A stretch of 64,000 bases of DNA from Takakia lepidozioides. Taxonomy: Eukaryota; Plantae; Bryophyta. Shown in pieces: positions 12,300 through 24,266 of this stretch. The DNA is taken from positions 57,102,001-57,166,000 of the forward strand of contig CM060734.1 of the NCBI GenBank assembly GCA_030704615.1, written 5' to 3'. The position numbers and the translations under genes were made by a program. The notes under the pieces are model-generated. The model was not told the DNA's origin, searched no databases, and worked only from the letters and a program-made list of their open reading frames with translations. Position 1 is the first letter of the stretch; each line of letters starts with the position of its first letter.

Positions 12300-13653
12300 G
12301 TGCTCCTTGGTTTTGGTTACGACCTCCACCATGACCTCTGCCTCATCTACCTCTTTGGACTACATTGCCTCGTCCTCGGCCACCATTGTTCCCTTGGAAC
12401 TGGCCTGGCCGTAGCTCAGGATGCAAGTCATAACAATGGGCCTCTTCATGCCCATACTTGCCACAATGCCCACATTGTAGTTGTGTAGGCTGTGCCTGTG
12501 CCGACCCTTTGCCTCTCTCCGGGCAATCTCTCTTAACATGGGGTCCTCTACAATCCCAACATGTCACACCCAACTGTTGTTGGTCTGAGAATGAAGGAAG
12601 TGACCTCTGCAATTGAGATCTTCTCGGCCCTTCCCTGGGCTTCGCCTAAGCCCCCTTATTGCCTTGAGCACGTTGGGATAGTGGTTGTTGTTGGCCAGGA
12701 ACCCCACTTCGTTGTGTCTCCTGACCAAACCCCACCAAGACCACTCGCTCCTCCACCATATTGAGCTCTATCCGTTTTGCCAGCAAAAACACATTTGCTA
12801 AGGTGGGTTGATCCACTTGTAGGAGAGTTGCATCCCGCACCCTTCTCCTCAGCTCCTTGTCCAAGATCCCATACCAGAACTGGACTGCCTAAGCTTTTGT
12901 AACCCCTTGGGTTACGTTTATCAAGCGCATCATGCGAGTGTAAGCCTTCCTCAAACTCTCGGCAAGCTTTCGTTGGAATTCTTGCAAACTCCGCAATTTC
13001 TCCGTCCTTATCCCCTGGTAGTTTCTCCTTAACTCCTCGGAGAACTCCACAACTGGGTTAAAGGCAGGCACGGGTGTTGGTGCTGCAGCAGGAGCTTAGG
13101 TGGACTTCCCACCTCCTGTTCCATTTGACGTCCCACTGCTGCTTGCAGAAGCTGCCGGTGTAGCTACCGGTGTCACCACTGCCCTTGTGCCTCTAGTGAT
13201 GGAGACATAGTTAGGTGACCAATACACCCGCCATTCCTCAATCTCCACCTTATGTCCTCGCCTAAACTCATTGTAATCATCCATGGGCGGCCCCTCAAGG
13301 TGCTGAAACAGCCCCTTCCATGCCATAAAAGACGTAAACAGTTGTGGATTGCGCATCTGCTACAAATCACACCAACTATCAAACTCATGTATGAAATCAT
13401 CAAGCTCGATGGTGCCCACAACTCCAGAGTACGGACGTGGCCCCTTGGTAGCTCCATACATTTTCTCCATCGTATCCCACAACAATGGCACGGAAACGGC
13501 TTGCACCCTCGGCGAGAATCCTCCTAACTCTGAGTCTGAACCTTCATCAAAAGACACTGAATGTGAAGGTGGCCTAAACCACACACATCGTCTTGTGTAC
13601 CCACTAGTATCGTTGGTGCTCGTACCGGCTCTCTCCTCAGCAACTGGTGGCAC
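12300..13653 (-). pseudogene. Retrotransposon gag with two CCHC-type zinc knuckles
   Basis: YSG..ELDDFIHEFDSWC N-terminus; CWDCRGPHVKRDC and CGHCGKYGHEEAHC; several in-frame stops. Confidence 0.8.
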
Positions 13654-14671
13654 CTCCGTGATGAAAACTCACAACCACACCTGTTGTAAACCTGTCTCTA
13701 ATCCCCCTTTCCACAAGGTAACCGGGTAGAGAACCTGTTGCGGCTTATGGCTTAGACTACTAGGTTCGTAACATAAACCTGTACCTGCATCCACCGCAAG
13801 CACTCATATGGTCTGTTGGTCATCAACCCAGCCTCACCATAAGAGAAACAATGGTGGTCTGACTGGTCATCACCCCAGCCTCACCACCGACAGCATGCTC
13901 TAGGATTGGCCGGTGATCAAATCCGGACCAACCTCCTATGAAAACAAACGTCCACACAAAATTGACATGGCGCACAGTCAAGCATGCAGGTGTAGGGGGG
14001 ATCCAAACACAAGAAAATCAAGACAGTAACTCCCCCACACCAAAAAAAACACTCCACAGTGTCGCTCCTGCAAGGACACCCCAACCCAAACCCGGACTGA
14101 CTCTTGCCTCCACCTACGGAAAGGTTTTGGCCTACATAGAGGGTGGAAGACTACAAGGAAGAGAGACTAAAGCAATTCCTAATCCCAAAATTCTCTCATC
14201 CCACTAGTCTCCCCCTATCTCTAAACACTCTTGCTCATGACCAACAGACATAACTACCTTCCAGGGTCTCTCAAATAACTCTCCAAGAGCCCTCAAGATG
14301 TCTCTCAAACAATCTCACTAAGGCCCCCAAAGCCTGCCAAATCTTGGCCCTCAAGGACCCCAAAAAGTCCTTCAGACAAGTTGCCAAAGACTCCTTAAGC
14401 TCGCCAAATATTAGCCTCCAAGGACCCCAAAATAGTCCTCCAAATAGCCCTCCAAAGCTCCAAATGTTTGCCAAATATTGGTCTTCAAGGACCCCCAATA
14501 GTCCTCCAAACAGTCCTCCAAACACCCTTTCAAGAGAACTTCAAGTGTCTTACAAAAGCTCCTCAAAGGACCCCCCAAAGATCCTCCAAAGGCAATACTC
14601 CTCCAGATACACCCTAGATGTCATACACTTTTAATGCAAAAGTATGGCAGGCAAAGTCTCTCCACTTGTAT

Positions 14672-14840
14672 CCATACACTGTTCAAAACAGTGTATGGTG
14701 GGGCAGAGGGAGCCCATACACTTTTCAAAAAAACGTATGTTGGGTAGAGGGGGCCCATACACTGTTCAAAAAAGTGTATGCTGGGCAGATGGGTTCCATA
14801 CACTGTTCACAAAAGTGTATGATGGGCAGAGGGAGCCTAT
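14672..14840. repeat. About 41-bp tandem repeat x4, each unit an internal hairpin
   Basis: Unit ccatacactgttcaaaa-agtgtatg-tgggcagaggg; arms catacact / agtgtatg. Confidence 0.85.
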
Positions 14841-14859
14841 TCCTTGAAGAGTATGGAGA

Positions 14860-16693
14860 CTAAGGTTTGTAGAGTATAGTAAGAAACACCTTCTTCATGG
14901 TATCTTCCTCCCTAACATGCATGCAAGATTGCATTATCTTATTTTGCAATGCATTCATCCCAAATTGACAAGTTCCTCTTGATCTCTTTGGAACTCATAG
15001 CAAGCTAATGTGCCCAATGACAAGCGCCAAGCCTTGCTTGAATTTGAATTGTATGCCATCTTCCATGTGCTTTCCCTTGCATGGGCTAGTCACACACACT
15101 TCCACCTCTTGACCTAGGTGTTGTCTTCATTCATCATAATGTGTATCCACACCTCTATTCAAGAGCTCATCTTCTCAAACTTGAAGTCACAACCCTTAAG
15201 AGCATGCTCCACATAAGCATCACTTGCTTGATCAACCATCCACCACAAAACTTAAGCAAAAAGGGAATGAATACATGAGCTTCACCTTCCCCTTCCTTGT
15301 CTTGTCACATGCTAATGTATGGTTGAAGCTGTTATGCATGCCGTGAGCCACAGTCTCCTTTCTTCATGAAGACCACCTCCAATGATCTCCCACATGTACT
15401 CCAAGTTCTTCAATACTCTAGGCTTGGTTTCACATCATCATGGATAGAATTCTCACCCACATGCTTCCCTTTGGAGTCATCTTGAGCTTCTTGATGCTCT
15501 CCAAGTGGTTGCTTTTGTTGTCTTCAAGCCCTAGCCTATGTAGCTCCTTGGCTTTTCTTCCACAACATGCCCCACCTCATACACAAGGAATGAATTTGCT
15601 CACTTCACCTTCTAGCTCTCCTCAAGCTTGAATTGGAAGCCACACTTGGAAAGCATGTTCCACACATGCGCCACTTGCTTGGTCAATCACTTGCTTCATT
15701 AAGAGCAATCCAAGAACTCATAGAACTAGCAAAAGCACTCCATTCTAGCGCTACCTTCGCTTGCTTGTTTGTCAACCAAATGAAACCCCACTTGGCTTCA
15801 TTTCACCATGGATAGAACAACCACTTCTTAGCGTCTCTTGAGCTACTCAATGCTCCTCAAGCTACCCTTGTTGTACTCCTTCTATGGTATTTCCAACCCA
15901 AGCATGTGCCGCTCTTTGGCTTCTCTTTCACACCATGAACAAGTACTAGAGCTTGCTCTTGAAACCCTAGTGTCTATCTTCTCCACACACAAGACGCTTC
16001 TCTTGTGATGCAAGAGCTATTTTCCAAGCTCTCAAACCCTTAGTGCACATACAAGCACTTACCTTGCAAAACCATGCAAGCTTTGTGATACAAGAGCTCT
16101 CTCCTAAGCTCTCCACCTCTGCAAAGTCTTGTAACTCAAGAGCTCTCTCCTTGAGCTCTCCACCTCTTTGATGCAATGCAAAAACACTCCTCCTTGCAAC
16201 ACCTTGCAAGCCTTGTGAGATACTTGAGCTTTCCTAGCTCTCTCACTCCTTGGTGTATACCAACACAAGTGTTAAAACTAATCCTTACACTCCGCACTCA
16301 CAAGCATAAGGTGATCTTCTTGTAGTGATAATAGAAGTGAACACACAATGGAAACACTTCACTCATGAATCCACTCAATCACATAAACTAAGTCAAGCCA
16401 AGGGCACCTTTGCTAAAGGAATCCATCCTACAAAGCCCTCACCATACTCCCTTTCAATACCTAGAGCTATGGAGGTGGGAGAAGCTCATGGAGGCTCAAC
16501 TACAAGAAGATGAGCCCTCCTCAACACTCACAAGGGGAAAACCCATCCCCATGTCTCAAGTGAGGTTTGACACCTCACTTGGCATGTGAGACCAAATGAA
16601 GTCCCAACACACAAAATACAAATATAAATATCCAAAATGTCCTAGTTAACTAGAAGTAGGTAATTCTAGTTAACCATGACTAAAACCATGACA
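14860..16693 (-). mobile_element. Possible second decayed LTR element (LTR-like 16270-16693, PBS-like 16248-16262, degraded coding-like region)
   Basis: Minus strand reads TGTCATGG...TTTTAACA, then tggtatacaccaagg (loosely like an iMet PBS), then purine-rich ORF remnants. Confidence 0.35.
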
Positions 16694-17386
16694 TATTACT
16701 CAGCGCAGGAGTCAAGACCTCACAAGTTCTGGTTCTGCCCCGATGACATTCAGTGTTGTGTGATGGGGACTTGTTGGGATTCAGTCATCAGCAAGCCTAC
16801 CATCCCTGTCGTCTGGCCAGTCAAGGTCGGAACATCTCTCTCCAAACAGGAGATTGACATGCTGGAGGATGCAGGGTTTCGACTTCCAAGAGACCCAACA
16901 GTCCTAACACCAACATCATCTCGTGGTACGCCATCTGCATTCCCTGCACGTCCACCACATGGGAACGACTGGCCAACGAAATGGAATGGAAAACCGTTTT
17001 GTCGTGTTGAGGCAGGTGTAGATAACCAGTGCAAAATTGAGTCTGCGAGAACCCTGCAGTGTCGGGTTACCCAAATTGTGAATGTCCCCCCTCCAGGCTA
17101 TGGGCGGGTGTACAATATGGTGACTTCGGGATTGGTTCTTCATGATAGGACCTATGAGATTACTATTGGGAATTTTCCTAATTGCACATGCCCGGACTTC
17201 GACAACACGATAAACAGCTTCATTGGAAAGAGAGGTAAATTTGTTCCATGCAAACATGATCTATACTACATCTACATTCACATGATGTTTTGTGATCCTC
17301 AACGAGACACGTGCATTCACCAATGCACAATGGGTCCCAGTGACGTTCAAACACTTCTGCATAGAGATATGATAGTTAACATCTGA
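16676..17386 (+). CDS. SWIM zinc-finger ORF, probably a 5'-truncated transposon-derived fragment
   Basis: YEITIGNFPNCTCPDF...FVPCKH (CxC-xn-CxH); intronless; TE context. Confidence 0.65.
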   Translation: MTKTMTYYSAQESRPHKFWFCPDDIQCCVMGTCWDSVISKPTIPVVWPVKVGTSLSKQEIDMLEDAGFRLPRDPTVLTPTSSRGTPSAFPARPPHGNDWPTKWNGKPFCRVEAGVDNQCKIESARTLQCRVTQIVNVPPPGYGRVYNMVTSGLVLHDRTYEITIGNFPNCTCPDFDNTINSFIGKRGKFVPCKHDLYYIYIHMMFCDPQRDTCIHQCTMGPSDVQTLLHRDMIVNI

Positions 17387-17579
17387 TGTGTTTTCTCGGA
17401 GTTCTGTATGTGTCAATGCCTCCACTTTGCTGAATTACTTTGATATGCTCCACTGTCGCGAGTTCACCAATGTTTCTTAATTTGTCCACTATTGGAAATG
17501 AGACCAGACACTCTTCATGCAACCTTTCCCCATTTTTGGGCTTTTATTTATTTATTTTATTTTAGTCTTTTATCGTATC

Positions 17580-17815
17580 TGGTGAAATTCCCATGTCCAA
17601 ACAGGGCATGGGATTAAGATGTCGTTGACGACATCTTAATTAGTGCTTCCCTGAGCAGGATTACAGTTCCCCCCTATGGGTCTCTCCAGGAAATCTTTTT
17701 TTATATGCTCCACTATCGCAAATTCACCAATGTTTTTAATAGATCTACTAATGCAGTCACTCTTCATGGATCCACTTTGTTCAAGTAAACCCAAGCCTTT
17801 CTCCATTTTGGGGCT

Positions 17816-17849
<34 letters not shown>

Positions 17850-18400
17850 GGTTGATCCTGTTTGGTGAAATTCCCATGTTCCAAGAGGGCAGGGGATTAA
17901 GATGTCGTTGACGACATCTTAATTCGTCATTCCCTGAGCAGGGTTACAACTCCCCCCTATGGTTTTTTCCAGGCCACATTTGTTTTCTTGCAACGATTAT
18001 CATGGGTTCATTTCTCATGCTGAGCATGCGATTTAAGATGTCGTTGACGACACCTTAATGCATGGTGCATGCGCTTGTTGATCCCTCAAGAGACATTCAT
18101 GGATCCACTTTGTTCAAATAAACCCAAGTTTTTCTCCATTTTTGGGCTTATATATATATTGTGTTTTATCATGTTTGGTGAAATTGCCATGTTCAAAGAG
18201 GGCAGGGGATTAAGATGTCGTTGACGACATCTTAATTTGTTATTCCCTGAGAAGGGTTACAACTCCCCCTATGATTTTTTCTAGGCCACATTTTTCTTCT
18301 TGCAACGATTTTCATGGGTTCATTTCTCATGCTGAGCATGCGATTTAAGATGTCGTTGACGACACCTTAATGCCTGGTGCATGTGCTTGCTGATCCCTTA
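17580..18400. repeat. About 312-bp tandem-duplicated block with five 28-bp palindromes
   Basis: ATTAAGATGTCGT-TG-ACGACATCTTAAT at 17613, 17896, 18209; variant at 18032, 18344. Confidence 0.9.
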
Positions 18401-19499
18401 TGAGACATGCTCATACAGTCCTCCATAGTCCCCTCATCTGGACAACTTCTCATCCGTGCTTCATCCAACGTTCATCCATTACACTTTTACGTCCATCCCA
18501 AATCCATTCATCCGTGAATGTATCATCGTGCAGTCGTGCCACTTTGTCGTCATGGAGCCTGTCTGTCTTCGGTCCGATGGAGCGGAGACTGCGTCTTTGC
18601 AGTGAAGTTGGCGTCCACGGAAATAGACCCACTTGTTCCCACAGTTTTGGGGTCCAGCGCGAAATTTGCTCACGCTTTGATTCTGCTCACGCATCCAGGA
18701 ATCTGCTCACAGGTTCTGCTCACGGCTTTTCTGCCCTCAGAAATACTCATGTTATGAACATGTTGCCCCTAGTAAATCCTAAAGTAATACCCTAACTTCT
18801 ACTAGACGCCCAGTATGGTATTCAATTTTGTTCTACCTCGTAAATACCATTATTCCCCATCAACGTTGTCGCAATGTCTCGGGTAGTGTTTGTTGTTATA
18901 CATCATAGCTGCGGCGACGCTCTTTTAATGTTCAATGTAGTGGCTGTAATTTTTTAGGGTGGAACTAGACGTTGTCATAGCTGCGCCTTCAATGCCATGA
19001 TTATGGTGTGTTGATTTAATAAATTTTTCTTGGTACTAGAAGTTCAAAATGTTGCAAATTATGTTCTAGGTATTTTGTGTCATTCGTGCTTGACATTGAT
19101 AAGATCTGCTTGATATGGTGTTGTTTTTTGTGACTATAGTGCTTGAGATCTAGGTGTGAGGCTGCAGATTTTTCTTACGTTTTGGATTTGGTGCATAGAA
19201 TGGAAGATTTTGACGGGTATCATGCACATAAAGGGAAGTATATAGGGCAAGAGAATGAGTCTAATATAGATGGAACACGAACAACAGAAGATGTTGATAT
19301 CACAGAGACTACCACAAAGATTTTAATAATAGAGAAAGAAACGTTATGGCAAGTTCGATATGCAACACTTGCTACCAACCAAAAAATTGGTTTCCCTATG
19401 ATCGAAATTCAACACTTTGGGCAATCTTTTTTTTGTAGGGAGAAGACATATAGGTAGATGTGCGAGGAACCCAGACGATGATGGTGCATCATCTGTCAC

Positions 19500-20022
19500 T
19501 CTATCGCATCAACATGAAGTTCGCACAACGGCGCTACATGTGCGTAGAAAGACATTGTGTAGTATAACCCCTCCTGTGGAATCATAAGCATGAAGAAACA
19601 CCTGTTGAATGAGCATGGCAAAGATCTAACGATAGACAAAGCTGAATCAGAAGTTGTAGCAAATGTGGTTGAAGCTGGGCGCCAATAGTGCAAGAAGTGG
19701 AAAAGAGTGTTTCCATCAGCCATCACCGAGTATTTTGGGACGTCGCATCCATACGAAAAGACCAACACACAAAATATATATCTCTCTCCAACAAGCTCTC
19801 TGGGCTTCTTGTTGACATTATAAGTCATTTTGTTATTTTTCTCTCACCTCTATCGCAAGATTACAACTACTATTTTCTCATGTATCAACAAGCCCCTAGG
19901 GACCCCAAATCAAGTTGTGATGAAGTTCACAACAATGCGAATCAGCACTGAAGAGAAGAGCTAACTTAATTTTCATCAGACAATTTCCTGGCAACAGACA
20001 TAGCTTTTGGAAACTACAGCCT

Positions 20023-20071
<49 letters not shown>

Positions 20072-21832
20072 TGGTACTCTTCATCATCAAAGGTTGTACG
20101 AAGTTTTTTCAAAGGTTGACAATCCCTAGCTTCGGCGACTCGTCATGCAACGTGATGACAAAGTAACATTTCCCACTCGTAAACAATTGGTAAAATAACA
20201 CATTTCTGCGATGTTCGCCAAGACCATGGAGCAACATATCAATTCAACTCTTACAAGTTGTACAACCGCCAGTGTGACTTTTAAACCTTTGAATGTCACG
20301 CGCAGGGTTTGATACATTTGCTTTGGCGATTAATTTCATCTATAGATGACGGTTGGGTTCCTCAACATGTAACTGTAGGCCGCTTTTTTGAGGCTCCTGA
20401 TATAGCAAGAGCAGCTTTGGCTGAAATTGTGAAGCCTCTGCTTGCACAATTTCAACTTACAAACAAGCTTATGTGAAGTGAACTCTTGCAACAACCTTAA
20501 TATCAAGTGTTCTTAGTTGCGCACCGCTTGAAATATATAAACCCTCTTTTGGCACGTGCTTTGGGCATGCGATGTCAAAAGTATGTCAATATGCTACAAA
20601 GGAGATGAAAGTGTGTCAAGGGAGATGAAAAGTGTCTCTAAATAATGCATAGACAACATTTCAAAAAACTATAACCTGGACTAAGAAGTCAGGGAAAGGT
20701 AAACAGGAGTGGGACAAAGCATATATTGAGGCTGACTTACCAGCACGAAAATTGAAAACCTTTGTGAAAACCACATTTGCATCAAAGAATGTGCTACGAC
20801 AATTTTTTTCATTTTCAGTGGTATTCAATAGGACAATGCACATAACATGCTTGCATTAATGTCGAATCATCCGTTCAAGGGATTGCAGTGCATCTCCGAG
20901 TATGTAGGTCATGACAAGACTAAGGTAATTGTACAAGAATATGACAAGAAAGACCTCATCCCTCTTCTTGTGAAGGTCAATAAATTCATCTAACCCTGAA
21001 AGTGGGATCAGCCCCAGTCCACGAGATGATGCATTACTTGAAGATTCACTATTTTGATGCTCCTACTTGGACTGAGAAAGCTAGTGAGGGTTTATTTAGT
21101 TTCTGAATTGTCTTTGTTTTCGTCATCTTATTGTACCAATGGATGAAGCTACAAAATCTCCTTTGTTGTGGTGGAAGCAAAATGCTGACAGATTCCCTAA
21201 TAGTAGTTTCCTGGCAAGACAGGTTCTAGCCATTCCAAGGTCTTAAATCGAGACCGAAATTTTTTTCAGCATTGCAGGAGTTCTCACAAGCTTGAGACGT
21301 TGCCGACTTTGGACTTGATAATCTAGACAACTTAGTGATGATCTATAAGAACTGGCCGCTGGATGATGCAAGGCTTGGATGCTTTTTAGGACCAACATTA
21401 TTGAATTTTTTTGTTACGTAGATTGATTTGGTCAAGGATCATGATGATAAATTACAAGATGATATTTTGATGACCTGGGAGATTAAATCAATTCTTAGCG
21501 CATAACTAATGTGATTGATCTTTTAGCATGCTGTTAATGTGATTGATTCCATCAAACACTTAATCACATTCTGCAATCACTACATTATTCTAGAGACACT
21601 TACAATTTGTTTTGTTACTACAACAAGACTTCTTTGATTTAAAGTATCTTCAAGAGTTTTGATACAATTTTTAAAAAAAAAAAACCTTAAGGTTTGCTTG
21701 TGTCCAATACCAGTGCATATCTAAATTGTGAAATTAATATAATACCAGGACCTACAATGTCTCAAATTTAGTCCATATTTCAATACCAACACCAATTTGG
21801 TATGTAAAATTTCCGATGTTGGTACAACACTG
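19500..21832 (+). mobile_element. Dead hAT transposon (BED-finger remnant, dimerisation domain, right TIR)
   Basis: SMKKHLLNEHG near 19590; PLLWWKQNADRFP..FLARQVLAIP.S*IETE.FFSIAG at about 21160-21310; terminus ...caacactg at 21832; many stops and frameshifts. Confidence 0.8.
19960..20067 (-). repeat. Short RTEX-like LINE fragment abutting an (AG)22 microsatellite
   Basis: Reverse complement of 19960-20023 aligns with 30412-30478; (AG)n at 20024-20067. Confidence 0.7.
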
Positions 21833-22732
21833 GTGGCTACGTCTATTCAGCTGTTATACTAAAGCTTTTAGCCATGGCTAAATTTTTGCCACGTTAAGAT
21901 TCACTAACTTCCCCGCCTATTTGCCCAACCTGTTCGCCCCTAGTCCCCCCCCCACCCCAACGTATTAAATTAGCCCAAGCAGACAGGAGGAGGAAATTTC
22001 AAAAGCTCATCATTGTAGGTACCTCTTCCTCCTCCCTCCTCTCCTTCTCCTATGCAAAGTACGAAAGCAAAAGCAGCATGCATATGGACGGGCTGCGGTA
22101 ACATCCCCTTAACCTGACTTATTTTAGTCACTATGTGCACGGCTAACTAACTACATTTAGCCACCCGGTGCGGCCGACGTGGCTTTAAGATCAGGACGTA
22201 ATGCAGAACCAAAACTAAAAGCTGAATCAACGCTTTTGACATAGGGGCTTGAAGTAGAGATGTGACTTGAACTTGGAGGTGCCAAATTTTCGCATCATGT
22301 GCCAAAAATATGTCTCCACCTCATAAAAGTCTTGGGTGAGTGTAGTCCTCGTATCTTCATCGCATCGGAGGAAAGCTACAGATCCTACCATCCCCATGTT
22401 TTAACTCCTTTAATAAAATGATCATTATTTTATATTTCTTAAATGCATTGTCGAAGTAAGCGTAACTAATTATGGTGTTACTTGGCCCCAAAGGACTAGT
22501 GAATTCCGGGGGGAAGGAGGTGAACATCTTTATGACATCCAACATATGATTTGAAACCACAACCAGTAGTGAGGCGGCTTGTGCCCTTACGCTTGTGCTT
22601 GAGCGAGCATCTCGACTAGTACCACAATGTGAGAGTTCTCAAGGATGTCCAGGAAAACCTCTCCAAATGACTCCATTGCAATTTTGAGCAAATGAACCTC
22701 TAGACATGCCACCTAGAACTGCCGAACCTTGA

Positions 22733-23512
22733 CCCCTAAAAGGCTGAGCACCTTTTGGGTGCGCCCGCTACAAAAGGGTGCATACCCATGGAGGATGGTG
22801 TAACTTTTTATCCCCAATCATCCATAGGGATGATCCTTATACTTATGTGCATATCTATTACATGTGAAAAATGTAGGCAATTTGACCATTGCATTCAGGA
22901 GCTTATAATAAAATAAAATAATAAGCCCTAATTTTTTAATGTACACCAAAATTGCATATAAGGTTTGAGCACCAAATTCAAGATACAAGATACAGGCCCT
23001 CCACCATCTGATTATATGGCACTTAAAGGATTAATGTCTCCCCCAAAATTTAGACCGATCCAAAAATTGAGATAGATTGATATGTATGTGAAATCCGGGG
23101 CATAGATTGTTAGATTTGGCTTGGACCTTCCCAAATACCGTCATCCATGAGGTAATATTTGCTTTCTAACTTCTCTGGTAAGTGCGTGCGCACAGTCAAC
23201 TTAGATAGTGCCTTGTCTAGCAATTTGGGCATTGTAATAATTTGTGAGCCCTAGATGTTATAATTCAAGATTGCCCATTTGGCCCGCCACATGGGGAGGT
23301 CAAGGCTGCTTTTCCAGCCCCATGCACTTTGCAAAATTCTAGAGAGCGGAGCTTTACTTAAATATTTTAGGGAGTCGTAAATTCCCACATGTGCTCCTCC
23401 CTAATGTGCACCATTTACTTTCAAGGTTCACCTCCATCCGCTGTCATCCATGAAACTACACCTGGATGAAATCTGAAACACGTTGATTCAGGTGGCCTTT
23501 GTCCTTTAGGGG
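22733..23512. mobile_element. piggyBac-like MITE
   Basis: Ends CCCCTAAAAGG / CCTTTAGGGG flanked by TTGA (left) and TTAA (right); second copy at 6908 starts TTAA|CCC. Confidence 0.55.
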
Positions 23513-24266
23513 TTAAACCACAGAGTGCGAGTGAAATTGCAATGACAAATGATAACAACATGGCAATGAACAAGATTGGCTCACGTGAGCTTCCCTAGAC
23601 AACAACATGGCAATTAACCATCTTCCTTCGAGGGGAAATCGCCTCAGATAGGAGCCCCAAACCTTTACCTTGATACACCACAGTTGCATAGACTCAAAAT
23701 ATGTAGAATCAAAATATTGATGGTAGACCGGAGAATCCCTGAATACATATATTGTTCAGCCGAGGAGGCTATTGAACTGAAGTGTAACCAGAGGTATTCC
23801 CAGAAATGGAGGCACTATCTTGGACTGACATTCTAGCCCTAAAATGTGAACATCCACAATTATGCATGGAATTTGAAGGAGAAGTAATTTGAAGAGCTGC
23901 CTATGCAAGTGCCTTTGCGTTCAGAGGCGGAGGACTTGGGAAGAATCCACCGGGAGGAACAATGACACTCGTGAAGAAATCAAAATCTGTCTCCAGCCCA
24001 AAAAGGTTTTTCTAAAGCAGACAACAAGCATATGAGCAGAGGAAAACAAGTTGAAAGACACAAATATTTAAAGAAAGAAATCATTCAAAATGGATTACAA
24101 ACCTATTGACAGGGACATGTTAACAACAGGGGCACCATTCAGGCTGATTGGAGCGAGTGTGGTTGCAACAGGAGTTGGCCATATGTATAGTTCGGATGAT
24201 ATGATATAACATTAATAGTAATAATGTGATTATTATAGGCTATTATCTGCCATGTCGGGTCCAGTC

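Larger units (their letters stand above)
8757..14247 (-). mobile_element. Decayed, 3'-truncated Ty3/gypsy LTR retrotransposon: gag-zinc knuckles-protease-DNA methyltransferase-RT
   Basis: Colinear minus-strand ORF fragments for each domain; candidate LTR 13991-14247 (TGTAGG...CCAACA on +), boundaries uncertain. Confidence 0.85.

Noticed and set aside
13960-13990. tgaca|tggcgc as LTR end plus PBS of the DNMT element
   Set aside because: It is on the + strand, opposite to gag-pol; no convincing minus-strand PBS was found
17613-18371. Palindromic 28-bp repeats as a CRISPR array
   Set aside because: Spacers are 107-255 bp and duplicate each other; eukaryotic context; no cas genes
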